The notes beneath the pieces are model-generated. The model searched no databases. It was not told the origin of the DNA and saw only the letters and a list, made by a program, of their open reading frames with translations. Of a stretch of 64,000 bases of DNA, positions 1 to 9,227 are shown piece after piece. Origin of the DNA: Patescibacteria group bacterium. GTDB lineage: Bacteria; Patescibacteriota; Microgenomatia; Daviesbacterales; UBA10151. The DNA lies in the NCBI GenBank assembly GCA_038064895.1, contig JBBTSA010000009.1, positions 13,595-77,594 of the forward strand, read 5' to 3'. The stretch's first letter is position 1. Each line of letters begins with the position of its first letter. A program made the position numbers and the translations under genes.

Positions 1-66
1 ACTTAAGATAAAGGGCTGAAAGATTATTGCTTTGATTGTTTTGGCCACAGTAATTTAAGGCAAGAT

Positions 67-255
67 TTACTTAAATAGAGCTCGAGCTTCTTTTCTAGTA
101 ATTTGCTCACCCTCAAGACGCATTGTATGATAAAGATCTTCAGCAAGCAGATTTTTTACCTCTGGTTTTTTACCCATGTTTAAATAGCGTTTCCTAAAAG
201 CTCTAAACGCTTGGATAAGGCTTTTGTTTTTATTGACTAATTGAATGCTAGTCAT
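67..255 (-). CDS. Small hypothetical protein (62 aa). The segment 'MRLEGEQITRKEARALF' weakly resembles the N-terminal region of Fic-family proteins. The Fic catalytic HPFx[DE]GNGR motif is absent, so this is a fragment at best.
   Basis: Complete ORF from the track. No recognisable SD inspected. Similarity judged by eye only. Confidence 0.25.
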   Translation of the reverse strand: MTSIQLVNKNKSLIQAFRAFRKRYLNMGKKPEVKNLLAEDLYHTMRLEGEQITRKEARALFK

Positions 256-327
256 GCACCTATTATAGCACTTTTTACTATTTCTGCCGTTTGCATAGTT
301 TAACTTTTAAAGTTATTATTTTAACCA

Positions 328-2910
328 ATGCCCAAAATATTACAGTTTTTAAGTAAATTATTCATAGCCTCTTTTGTTATTTTCTTTTCTACTTTTCAGG
401 CATGGGCAGCAGAAGGAGATATTTTATTTTTTGATGATTTCAATGATGGAAATTTAGACGGTTGGACAATTGAATCAGGTGATTGGTTTGTAAACAACGG
501 CAATTTGGCTGGATCCAAGTCAGGCAGAGCTTTTGGGGGAAGGATTAATACAGGTAATTCAGAGTGGGATAATTACTCAATTGAGCTGGATGTAAATAAT
601 CAACAGGGCATTGATGAAGGAATTGGTTTTAGGTACACACCGGGCGGGGATTCTTATGAGTTGAATTTAAGGCACGGAGCTGGCAGCTTTAATACTCCAG
701 AAGCCATATTAAGGAAAAACCAGGATGGAGTGGTGACAGTTGTAGGTGATACCCATTCTTTCCCTCTTATTAATCAAAAATGGTATCACTTAAAGATTGA
801 CGTCCAAAATGAAAACATCAAAATCTGGATAGATAATAATCTAATTTTTGATATTACGGATACTGGAACAAAGGTTAAAAAAGGTATTCTTACTTTAAGC
901 TATTGGACAGGGGATGTAGGCGTTGTATATGTAAGGTTTGATAATATCCAAATCACCGCTTTAGCTCCTCCGCCTTCTCCAAAAACTCCTTTAATTTTAA
1001 TTCCCGGAATTGGCGGGTCAGAGTTAAAGGTTGAGGAGGATACCATCTGGAATAAGGATGACGGACATGGCGGGATTTATAACAAAGCATACACTAAAGA
1101 CGAGGTAGTCTGGATGAATGAGCCAGAAGCAAGAGCTGCCGGAGAAGATGATTACTTTGATATTTTACGGATGAAAACTGATGGAGTAAACCCAGAAGCC
1201 AATCTTAGTTTAACAAATAACCTACTCGCTCGAGCATATCAAAATGCCATAGATTTCTTCATTTTCAATGGATATACACTTAATCAGGATTTCTTTGTCT
1301 TCCCTTATGACTGGAGAAAAGATATTGCTTTGACTGCTTCCAGTCTGGATACCAAAATCAACCAGATTAAATCTCAAACCGGCAGCGCAAAAGTGGATGT
1401 TGTTGCCCATTCCATGGGAGGATTAGTAGCCAGAAATTATATTGCAGATGCAACCCGCGCCCAAAATGTCAGAAAATTATTTACCCTAGGAACCCCACAT
1501 TTAGGGGCGCCTCAGTTTCTTAAAGCCATACGAGATGGTATATGCTTAAAATACCCCGTAGGAGACTATTGTCTATCATTAGCCCCATCTGAACTTAAAG
1601 ACGTATTACAAAATATGATCAGCGGTTTTGAACTTGCTCCAACGCAAACATATTTTACTTTCTTTACAGGTGAAAATAGTAAATATCCATACCCCTATAG
1701 AACAGAATTAGGAGCATTGAATTATTTACAAATAAAGGATTATTTGACATCCAAAGGACATCAAACTTCATTATTTACTCCTAGTGAACAATTCCATAAT
1801 CTCGATACTTCTTTAGTAAATACAAATGGTGTTGACGTGAATATAATTGTGGGTTCAGGTCGACCTACTATCGGACAAATAATTGAAGTAAAAACAATTA
1901 GTTTATTGGGTATAGAAGGCATTAAAAGAGATATAGTAAGTATTAATGGAGATGAAACCGTCCCACTGTATAGTGCCTCTTTAAATGATCCATCAAGAAA
2001 TATTTCTCTTTTAGGAGCTGCCAAGGTTTTCTATACAAATCAGGAACACAGTAATCTAGTTTCTTCTGGACCTGCTTTGGAACTGATTAAAAATAGTTTA
2101 AACAGCAATAGTGAATTACCATCTGGTGTATCAACTACCCCATTCCCAGTAAATAATGGGCTCCTGTTCTCAGCCCATTCCCCAGTCAACATACATGTTT
2201 ATGATTCAAATGGAAATCATACAGGACCTACACCAAATGGAGATTCTGAAACAAATATTCCTAGCAGCTCTTATGATACTTTGGGAGATGCTAAGTTTAT
2301 TTATCTTCCAGATGACGGAATCTACAATATTAAATTTGAAGCAACAGATAATGGTAGTTTTGATTTCAAAATAAGAAAGTTTAAAGATGATCAAAATACT
2401 GAGACTATTCTTTATAAAGAGATTCCTTTAACTGATAACACAAAAGCAGAAACAGTTTTTGATACAAACTCCAGCGAAACTCCAACTATTAAAGTCGATC
2501 AAGATGGTGATGGGGATACAGATCTAAATGTTGAGAAATTCAGCACATTAGAAGGAGAGGCAAATTATGATTATACTCCCCCAACTATCTCTTTTGATGT
2601 TAGTCCCAAAACTATCTGGCCGCCAAATAATAAAATGGTTGATGTAAATATAACCGGTACTATCACGGATGAAAATCCATACTTAACAACAATTGTGGTT
2701 GATGATGAGTATGATTTAGTGGAACCATCAGTAACAATTGAAAACCAAACTAGCATAAATCAAATTATCAAACTGGAAGCTTCGAGAAAAGGTGAGGATA
2801 ATGATGGAAGAAAATACATAATTAAAATATTGGCTACCGATTTGGCAGGAAATACTTCACTAGCTACTACCGAAGTCATAGTCCCCCATGATCAGGGAAA
2901 GAAAAAGTGA
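328..2910 (+). CDS. Secreted multidomain alpha/beta-hydrolase (lipase/esterase-like, 860 aa). Domains: N-terminal signal peptide, a DUF1080/LamG-like beta-sandwich domain, a lipase core with the GxSxG nucleophile 'AHSMGG', and C-terminal Ig-like/beta-rich repeats.
   Basis: The signal peptide MPKILQFLSKLFIASFVIFFSTFQAWAAEG is visible. The DUF1080-like pattern FDDFNDGNLDGWT...GDWFVNNGNL is present. 'PLILIPGIGGS' and 'DVVAHSMGGLVARNY' are typical of class-2 / PGAP1 / LCAT-like lipases. Confidence 0.6.
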   Translation: MPKILQFLSKLFIASFVIFFSTFQAWAAEGDILFFDDFNDGNLDGWTIESGDWFVNNGNLAGSKSGRAFGGRINTGNSEWDNYSIELDVNNQQGIDEGIGFRYTPGGDSYELNLRHGAGSFNTPEAILRKNQDGVVTVVGDTHSFPLINQKWYHLKIDVQNENIKIWIDNNLIFDITDTGTKVKKGILTLSYWTGDVGVVYVRFDNIQITALAPPPSPKTPLILIPGIGGSELKVEEDTIWNKDDGHGGIYNKAYTKDEVVWMNEPEARAAGEDDYFDILRMKTDGVNPEANLSLTNNLLARAYQNAIDFFIFNGYTLNQDFFVFPYDWRKDIALTASSLDTKINQIKSQTGSAKVDVVAHSMGGLVARNYIADATRAQNVRKLFTLGTPHLGAPQFLKAIRDGICLKYPVGDYCLSLAPSELKDVLQNMISGFELAPTQTYFTFFTGENSKYPYPYRTELGALNYLQIKDYLTSKGHQTSLFTPSEQFHNLDTSLVNTNGVDVNIIVGSGRPTIGQIIEVKTISLLGIEGIKRDIVSINGDETVPLYSASLNDPSRNISLLGAAKVFYTNQEHSNLVSSGPALELIKNSLNSNSELPSGVSTTPFPVNNGLLFSAHSPVNIHVYDSNGNHTGPTPNGDSETNIPSSSYDTLGDAKFIYLPDDGIYNIKFEATDNGSFDFKIRKFKDDQNTETILYKEIPLTDNTKAETVFDTNSSETPTIKVDQDGDGDTDLNVEKFSTLEGEANYDYTPPTISFDVSPKTIWPPNNKMVDVNITGTITDENPYLTTIVVDDEYDLVEPSVTIENQTSINQIIKLEASRKGEDNDGRKYIIKILATDLAGNTSLATTEVIVPHDQGKKK

Positions 2911-3153
2911 TTATCTTTTTGAGGTAATTTTTTGTAATGCTTTCCAGATTCCCAAAATAACAGCAAACCAAAAAGCTATATCTAAAATAAGCATTAAACC
3001 ATTAGTTGAACCACCCAAAAAGTTAAACGATGCGAAGGCAAAAGGCAAACCAGTAGGATTTTTAGTCGGACTGATAATATCATCCACAAAAGCCACCCCA
3101 TAAGTTACTACCACACTTAATATCAAAATAATCACAAACACTTTTTTGGACAT
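2911..3153 (-). CDS. Possible small two-TM membrane protein (80 aa)
   Basis: The ORF has two clear hydrophobic helices. It lies in the gap between the lipase and the next plus-strand gene. Its SD is weak and an alternative plus-strand ORF overlaps it. Confidence 0.3.
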   Translation of the reverse strand: MSKKVFVIILILSVVVTYGVAFVDDIISPTKNPTGLPFAFASFNFLGGSTNGLMLILDIAFWFAVILGIWKALQKITSKR

Positions 3154-3240
3154 TAAGTTTAGATTACCACAAATTCCTTTAAGTCAACAATACTTACTAT
3201 TGCATCTGAAAAATAATCAAGGTAATCTAATCCCATATTT

Positions 3241-4353
3241 ATGCAATTTATACAACGTTTAAATTCCCCCCTGATTAACATGCTTTTTGTAGCTTTAATA
3301 TATGGTATTTATCTTATTCTGCTTTTGGCAAAATTTAACTATAATCCAGCATATTTAATATCACTTGGCGAAAAATTTGCTGATTTAAATCAAATCCCTG
3401 AAAAATTAGTGGTATGGAAAAACTACGGATATGATGGTCAATTTTATTACCGGCTGTCTCTAAATCCATTTACCTCGAAAAGGCAGGAATTTGGCATCAC
3501 TTTAGATATTCCCTCATACCGCCATCAAAGAATTATTTATCCGCTGATATCTTGGATTCTTTCTTCAGGTAATAAGGATTTCGTGCCAAAAGCATTACTA
3601 ATTGTTAATTTTGTAGCCATTTTATTGATTGGGTTAGTGGGTGGATATTTAGCTAAGTCTTTCAAACTGCATTCACTATGGGGATTAGTCTTTGCCATAC
3701 ATCCAGGCTTCCCTTATACTCTTTCAAGAAACTTAACTGAAATTTTACAAACTTGCTTTTTACTAACTGCGTTACTGCTAATAAACAAGCGTCGCTTTTT
3801 ATTCTCTGCTATTTTACTAACCTTAGCAATTCTTACCAGAGAAACAGCTTTAATTGTTGCTATCAGCTCACTTTTGACTTTTAAAAACCGTTATTTCTTA
3901 CTTCCTGTTATCTGTTATGGGATTTGGCAGATAATACTTTTTCTAAATTGGGGACAGGCGCCTATTTTGCTTGCCAACCTTAATTTAAGTAATTCCTTAT
4001 CAGGAGTCAGTTCTTATTTGCGCTATACATTAGGTTTTGCGACATATGGGCAAAAATTGGGCTTTATCCAACTTTGTTTTCTGTTAATATTTACTATTTC
4101 TGTTTTTAATGCATTTGTATCATCAAAAGCTTATACCTTTACAAAAGTTGCCTGGATTTTTTATCTTTTAATGGGCATGTTTTATACTTCTTATATCTGG
4201 GTTGCAGACATAGCTTTCTTTAGAGCACTTACAGAATTTTATATTCTAGGTGCTGCCATATTGCTATCTTCTAAATCGAAACTTATGCCTGCTGTATTTT
4301 TGCTGACAGCAGTCATCTGGTCACTTTCTTTAAAGCAGTTTGGTTATTTTTAA
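3241..4353 (+). CDS. Polytopic integral membrane protein, function unknown (370 aa, at least 9 predicted TM segments)
   Basis: Long ORF with regularly spaced hydrophobic helices. No catalytic motif recognised. Confidence 0.5.
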   Translation: MQFIQRLNSPLINMLFVALIYGIYLILLLAKFNYNPAYLISLGEKFADLNQIPEKLVVWKNYGYDGQFYYRLSLNPFTSKRQEFGITLDIPSYRHQRIIYPLISWILSSGNKDFVPKALLIVNFVAILLIGLVGGYLAKSFKLHSLWGLVFAIHPGFPYTLSRNLTEILQTCFLLTALLLINKRRFLFSAILLTLAILTRETALIVAISSLLTFKNRYFLLPVICYGIWQIILFLNWGQAPILLANLNLSNSLSGVSSYLRYTLGFATYGQKLGFIQLCFLLIFTISVFNAFVSSKAYTFTKVAWIFYLLMGMFYTSYIWVADIAFFRALTEFYILGAAILLSSKSKLMPAVFLLTAVIWSLSLKQFGYF

Positions 4354-4468
4354 TGAATAGGCAACTCATGGGGTAATCTGATTAGTTGGAAAATTATGAG
4401 ACTTATAAATAAAAATCTACTTAAGTCAAAATATATCTTTTTACATATACCCAAACAGTTTCCATCTT

Positions 4469-5044
4469 ATGAAGCGGCTTCTCTTGTTGAACAAATGTTC
4501 AATGGGCAAAATGGCATCCTACTCCAAACGAAGAATTACATACAATAAGGTAAGGCTATCACTTTTCCTTCGTTCTTATGGTGCATATACTATCTTTGGC
4601 CGATTCAAAACCAAACCCAGTTACAGGGTTGTCAGCCGGCTTAGCAATATTTTGAATTTAGACACACTCCTACTTAACAAGTTTTTCATCTCCGGCACAT
4701 ACCCAAAGGGGCTACCAAACTTAAACAGCTTAACAAAATATCTGGTTCCAAAAGAAAGGATGCTGGTTTATTTAGAGGTAGAGCGCGAGATAATAAATCT
4801 GACCTTAGAAAAACAGGATAAGGAAAAAACATCTCTTGAGGATTATGACAAAGCCATAATGGAACCGGCCATAGAGAGGGTTGCAGGAAACCATTTAAAA
4901 AATATTGAGGACGATAAAGTTTTTGATGCTCAACTGGAAGAGCTACAAAGAAAATATCAAAACTGGTACTACGCTACGGCCTACAAATATAAACTACCAA
5001 CATCCCGCATAATCCCGTTTATTTTAAGACTGATTAAAAATTAA
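4469..5044 (+). CDS. Hypothetical protein (191 aa), basic N-terminus and acidic C-terminus
   Basis: ORF only. No motif recognised. Confidence 0.35.
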   Translation: MKRLLLLNKCSMGKMASYSKRRITYNKVRLSLFLRSYGAYTIFGRFKTKPSYRVVSRLSNILNLDTLLLNKFFISGTYPKGLPNLNSLTKYLVPKERMLVYLEVEREIINLTLEKQDKEKTSLEDYDKAIMEPAIERVAGNHLKNIEDDKVFDAQLEELQRKYQNWYYATAYKYKLPTSRIIPFILRLIKN

Positions 5045-5083
5045 TAATACGCAGGTACTTTATTGCACAAAACTCAAAAGCTA

Positions 5084-5569
5084 TTAATTATTTACTTTAA
5101 TTCTTTTTGTAATATACTCTGTCTGTTTTCTGTAAGAATACAAAAACATAATCAGGAGTAAGCCAATCAATATATACGGATTCCAGTTTTTTAGCATTTG
5201 AAATTTCAACTCAATTAATTCATAAAGTTTTAGTAACACAAGGAGTATTAGCATTGAACTAAAAGTCCTATACATATTGTTTGACTCAGAAAGAAGATCA
5301 ATTTTTGGATCTTTTTTAGAAGCAGAAATAAATTCCTTGTAATCAGCAAATTTTAAAAACGAAATCTTTTTTAATACGGGTTCTATAATTAGCGAACCAA
5401 ACCTACTAACAACTGATCCTATGAAATAGTATACAAAACCTGCAATTACAAGGTTGCTCTCTATAAATGAGTAACTTGTAAGTTTATCGGCAATAGTAAC
5501 AAAAAGTATCCCAGGTAATAGGTAATTAAAAAGATTGTAGGATGATAATTTGTCTAAAATTTCCTTCAT
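5084..5569 (-). CDS. Small membrane protein (161 aa, about 4 TM). Lies immediately downstream of, and likely co-transcribed with, the MBL-fold gene.
   Basis: A 3-nt gap separates it from the upstream gene on the same strand. The ORF is hydrophobic. Confidence 0.45.
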   Translation of the reverse strand: MKEILDKLSSYNLFNYLLPGILFVTIADKLTSYSFIESNLVIAGFVYYFIGSVVSRFGSLIIEPVLKKISFLKFADYKEFISASKKDPKIDLLSESNNMYRTFSSMLILLVLLKLYELIELKFQMLKNWNPYILIGLLLIMFLYSYRKQTEYITKRIKVNN

Positions 5570-5572
5570 TGA

Positions 5573-6520
5573 TTAGTTAATGGAAAAACTTTGGTATGTC
5601 CTAGCTCCATTAGTATAAAAGCTTATCCAAAGATGTCCATCACTTCGGGTAGTCAGTACTTTTCTTGCAGGATTAGCACCGTTAAGTGCTATTCCCATCG
5701 GCACATGTTTGGAATAAATACTTGCCATGCCATCCTGTGTATCATATATAATGTCTTTATCTGAAATTACTATACAGTCTGGATTTAAGCAGTGCAAAAA
5801 GATATCTTCGTGATAACCATTATCATGACCGTGGTGTGCAGCGACAACAACATTAGTACTCCTTAAATGATTTTGTATTTCTGTTTTTTGTAATATTTTT
5901 CCCCATGCAGGGTTTCTTTCAAGATCACCTCCAATACAAATTTTTGATCCTCCGTATTCAATGAACACCAATTGGCTTAAATGATTAGTATTTATTGCTT
6001 CCATACCCAATTCATCTTGTGTAAGAGAATATAAATATTTACTATATGGAGGCGTATGATACGGAGCAGGGGTAGTATAAGTATCTTTTAAATAACAGAC
6101 GTTCTGTAATGCATTAGTAATTTCTGGTTTAATACTCTTGAGTTCGGTAGAGGAAATATTTTGAGGCAAAGATACAGTCTGTATGAAAACATTTTGCCTT
6201 AACTTAGGAAGCCCTGAAAAATGATCATGGTCATAATTTGTCAGTGTTAAATTGCTCAGAGTATTTATACCACCCATACGATGGAAGAACCCTTTTTCTA
6301 CCAAGAAATCAGTTGGATCGTAATCCTCACCCGAACCACAATCAACCAACATTCCATATTCAGGATTACTTCTTGGATAAAAAAAGATGCATTGTGCCTG
6401 TCCTACATTAAATATCAAAATTTCTAGAATATTATTATCCATTTTACTCCCGCGTAGAAGTTGTTTTTCTGTAGGCGTATATAAATTTTGTTGTATTATC
6501 CCCTCCACCTGTATCCCCAC
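5573..6520 (-). CDS. Stand-alone ComEC-type metallo-beta-lactamase-fold hydrolase. The probable true start is the ATG at 6442.
   Basis: 'NVGQAQCIFFYP...MLVDCGSG' matches ComEC 'DVGQGDA...LIDTG'. 'LTNYDHDHFSGL' matches ComEC 'SHxDxDHxGG'. 'VVVAAHHGHDNGY...CIVISDKD' matches ComEC 'LKVGHHGS...AVISVG'. No competence-channel membrane domain is fused to it. Confidence 0.6.
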   Translation of the reverse strand: MGIQVEGIIQQNLYTPTEKQLLRGSKMDNNILEILIFNVGQAQCIFFYPRSNPEYGMLVDCGSGEDYDPTDFLVEKGFFHRMGGINTLSNLTLTNYDHDHFSGLPKLRQNVFIQTVSLPQNISSTELKSIKPEITNALQNVCYLKDTYTTPAPYHTPPYSKYLYSLTQDELGMEAINTNHLSQLVFIEYGGSKICIGGDLERNPAWGKILQKTEIQNHLRSTNVVVAAHHGHDNGYHEDIFLHCLNPDCIVISDKDIIYDTQDGMASIYSKHVPMGIALNGANPARKVLTTRSDGHLWISFYTNGARTYQSFSIN

Positions 6521-6746
6521 TCGTTCTCAAGGTATTTATAAAGTAATCCTCTATTTCTCGGGCAGAGTCTGAATTAACAGCCTCCCTAAAAACCCAGCCA
6601 TAACTGGTTTCTTACACGCTATGATCATTAAATAGCCTTTGTCTTGGATCAGCAGCTATACCAACATACCAATCAGAGTAGCTACCTCCACCTTGTGCCA
6701 TATAAGCTTTTATTTCTGCTATGATTACTTGATTTGTTTGTGGCAT
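6444..6746 (-). pseudogene. About 100-codon reading frame interrupted by one in-frame TAA (44 + 55 codons). The translated segments 'YSDWYVGIAADPRQRLFNDHSV' and 'KFIYAYRK' are faintly GIY-YIG-like. It is either a decayed gene or a sequencing error.
   Basis: The ATG is at 6746-6744 and the internal TAA at 6614-6612. The frame continues to the TAA at 6446-6444, directly abutting the MBL start. Confidence 0.3.
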
Positions 6747-6815
6747 AGTAATTAACCAATAATGAATTACTTCTTGACATAGTCATAAAAAAGTAATAAA
6801 TTTATAATAATATCT

Positions 6816-7424
6816 ATGTCTTTGAAAGTCAATACTCAATCGCCTCTTACTCCTAAGCAAAAAAAGGTTTTGGATTTTGTAAATAGATCTACTGTTAAAT
6901 ATGGATATGCCCCCTCCCTAAACGAGATTGCAGAATACCTAGGAAAATCCATCAGTACAGTTCAACATTTTATAGAGGAATTGCAGGAAAAAGGATATCT
7001 TCAGAAAAAAAGAAATGTTGCTCGTGGACTCAGCTCTACTCAAGAAGGTACAAGGCAGATTTTTAAATTGGGGCTTATTGCCGCTGGTGTCCCAATTGAT
7101 CCTATTGAAAACCCAGAGCCAATAGATGTTCCTTTATCCTTTCTGAAAAATCCTGGCAACTATTATGCATTACAGGTTAAAGGAGATAGCATGGTTGAGG
7201 ATAATATTTTGGATGGCGATACTATAATTATTAGGCATCAACAGGTCGCTGAAGATGGTGATAGAGTCGTTGCAATTACTGAAGAGGGTGCAACACTTAA
7301 AGTTTTCAGAAAAAGGGGAGGAAAAATATATCTTGAGCCCCGAAATCAGAATCTAAAGCCAATATATCCAAAGAGATTAGAGGTTAGAGGAAAATTTTGT
7401 GGTTTAATAAGAAGGGACAATTAA
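6816..7424 (+). CDS. lexA: LexA repressor (S24 self-cleaving SOS repressor)
   Basis: N-terminal winged HTH 'LNEIAEYLGKSISTVQHFIEELQEKGYL'. Cleavage-site region 'LIAAG'. Catalytic Ser within 'GDSM'. Catalytic Lys within 'ATLKVF'. Confidence 0.8.
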   Translation: MSLKVNTQSPLTPKQKKVLDFVNRSTVKYGYAPSLNEIAEYLGKSISTVQHFIEELQEKGYLQKKRNVARGLSSTQEGTRQIFKLGLIAAGVPIDPIENPEPIDVPLSFLKNPGNYYALQVKGDSMVEDNILDGDTIIIRHQQVAEDGDRVVAITEEGATLKVFRKRGGKIYLEPRNQNLKPIYPKRLEVRGKFCGLIRRDN

Positions 7425-7426
7425 TT

Positions 7427-8377
7427 ATGAAATTAGATCCAGTTTTTAATACCAAGCTGGGCAAGCTTTATAAGGGTGATTGTATTTATGTCATGCAGAG
7501 ACTACCAGCAGAGAGTATTGATTGTTTCTTTGCAGACCCTCCTTTTAATCTCAATAAAACATATGGTGAGGACAATAAGGATAATTTACCCGAGGAAGAA
7601 TATTTAAACTGGTGCTATAAATGGATAGATGAAGCAGTACGACTATTGAAACCTCAGGGTTCTCTATTTATATATAATTTACCAAAATGGAATACCTATC
7701 TTTCGGCTTACTTATCTAATAAGTCTAAACTTAACTTCAGACATTGGGTGGCAATTAAACAAACATTTTCATTACCTATTCAAGGCAGACTATATCCGTC
7801 ACACTACTCTCTTATTTATTTTATTAAAGGTAACAAGCCAAAAACATTTAATCCTCCGAGAATACCTGTTCAAGTCTGTCGACATTGCGGAGGAGAGATA
7901 CCAGACTATGGGGGCTATAAAAATAAGATTAACCCTAAGGGATTAAATCTTTCTGATATATGGCTTGATATTCCACCAGTAAGACATAATCGATATAAAA
8001 AGAGGAAGGAAAACGCTCTTAGTTTGAAACTTTTAGATAGAGTATTAGATATTTCTACTCAAGAGGAAGATACAGTACTTGATCCCTTTGGGGGAAGTGG
8101 TACTACATATATAGCAGCTGAATTAAAAAAAAGAAACTGGATAGGAATAGAGATAACAACATGTAATGATATTACATCTCGGTTTAAAAACCTCAGTGCT
8201 GATATAGAACATTTTAAAGAAATCAGAAAAGAAATTAATGTTTTGTTCACTGATAAGGCAATGAAACTACGGAGGAAGAATGGTCGTAGCAACGGAAAAT
8301 ATTTTACTCATGAGCATATTCATGAACCCCAGCTTTCATTTGAAGATATGCTTTTTCAAAGTAGTAAATTACAATAA
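7427..8377 (+). CDS. Beta-class amino-methyltransferase (N4-cytosine or N6-adenine DNA MTase). It is the M subunit of the BamHI-family R-M system. The track starts it at 7397, but the ATG at 7427 lies 2 nt after the lexA stop.
   Basis: Motif IV 'FFADPPFNL' lies upstream of motif I 'DPFGGSGTT', which is the beta-class order. The gene is convergent with the restriction endonuclease gene. Confidence 0.8.
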   Translation: MKLDPVFNTKLGKLYKGDCIYVMQRLPAESIDCFFADPPFNLNKTYGEDNKDNLPEEEYLNWCYKWIDEAVRLLKPQGSLFIYNLPKWNTYLSAYLSNKSKLNFRHWVAIKQTFSLPIQGRLYPSHYSLIYFIKGNKPKTFNPPRIPVQVCRHCGGEIPDYGGYKNKINPKGLNLSDIWLDIPPVRHNRYKKRKENALSLKLLDRVLDISTQEEDTVLDPFGGSGTTYIAAELKKRNWIGIEITTCNDITSRFKNLSADIEHFKEIRKEINVLFTDKAMKLRRKNGRSNGKYFTHEHIHEPQLSFEDMLFQSSKLQ

Positions 8378-8980
8378 GGCTCTTCCATCAGTACCCTTAG
8401 GTATCCTTTTTACTCCTCTTTTAAAGCCATCTTGTTCAACAACAATTATTGATATTACTCCTTCTTCGAAAGGTAACCTCTCCCATAAATTTAGGTAAGG
8501 TGTTAATTCTCGGTAGTTTCCAACCCTATCAGTCAGAAAGGGATATAGCTCATTTGAAGGAACAACTAAAATTCCTCCGGCGAGTTCTTTATTTAGCACA
8601 CCTAAGCAAATTTTATTTAGTGCTCTGTGACTAGATGATATATTTCCAGTCTCCCATTCCAGAGCAAATAAACCGTATTGAGTATCCTTAACTATATCGA
8701 GGGGTCCAGTTCCGGCTACCCCTCTGGATCGAATTCTTCTTTCCTCCTTCCAACCGATTGTTTTTAAATATGTAACACAAGCCTCTTTTATTGGCTTGAC
8801 ACCATTTCCCTGTCCGCGTTTTTTACCTTTACTGTTTGCATTTAAGTAGAACCCATCACTTTTAGGTGGCCATGAGATTTTATTTATGGCTGTTTTAATT
8901 TCGTCATTAATTTCATCAAATATCTTAGAATTCGCCAACTGACCCTTCTTCACAATACTTTGTATATGTACTATTTTCAT
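8369..8980 (-). CDS. BamHI-family Type II restriction endonuclease
   Basis: 'GPLDIVKD...LFALEWETGNISSSHRALNKICLGV...YPFLTDRVGNYRELTPY...IPKGTDG' aligns with BamHI 'GPIDVYKE...VGMEFETGNISSAHRSMNKLLLGL...AYYLTDRVTNFEELEPY...IPKGSDG' as recalled from memory. The catalytic D/E-x-E triad is conserved. Confidence 0.8.
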   Translation of the reverse strand: MKIVHIQSIVKKGQLANSKIFDEINDEIKTAINKISWPPKSDGFYLNANSKGKKRGQGNGVKPIKEACVTYLKTIGWKEERRIRSRGVAGTGPLDIVKDTQYGLFALEWETGNISSSHRALNKICLGVLNKELAGGILVVPSNELYPFLTDRVGNYRELTPYLNLWERLPFEEGVISIIVVEQDGFKRGVKRIPKGTDGRALL

Positions 8981-8981
8981 T

Positions 8982-9203
8982 TTAATTAATGAATTCTTTA
9001 AGATCTTTTTTGTAAACTTGAGCGAATTTTTTAAGTTCTACAATATCTATCTGTCTTTGCCCAGATTCTACTTTTGAGATATAGGATTGAGTTTTACCAA
9101 CTTTTTTTGCGGCTTCTAATTGACTTAAACCAGCTTTTTCTCGAGCGTTCTTAAGTTTATTGACTATATCCTCATGAACTTTTGTGTAGATACTTTTACT
9201 CAT
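8982..9203 (-). CDS. Controller (C) protein of the R-M system, an XRE-family HTH, directly upstream of the endonuclease gene
   Basis: 73 aa. 'LSQLEAAKKVGKTQSYISKVESGQRQ' is a classic Xre HTH. A 1-nt gap separates it from the endonuclease gene. C.BamHI is its established analogue. Confidence 0.75.
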   Translation of the reverse strand: MSKSIYTKVHEDIVNKLKNAREKAGLSQLEAAKKVGKTQSYISKVESGQRQIDIVELKKFAQVYKKDLKEFIN

Positions 9204-9227
9204 TGTTTCTTATCCTTAGAATATGAT

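Noticed and set aside
6387-6572. Plus-strand 61-aa ORF
   Set aside because: It lies entirely antisense to the N-terminus of the MBL-fold gene and the interrupted upstream frame. There is no SD and it is low complexity.
6747-6815. SOS (LexA) box shared by the lexA and recA upstream regions
   Set aside because: Upstream of lexA sits an AGTAATT-N11-AATTACT inverted repeat. Upstream of recA sits CAGATTT-N21-AAATCTG. They share no motif, and neither matches the known LexA box classes. No call is made.
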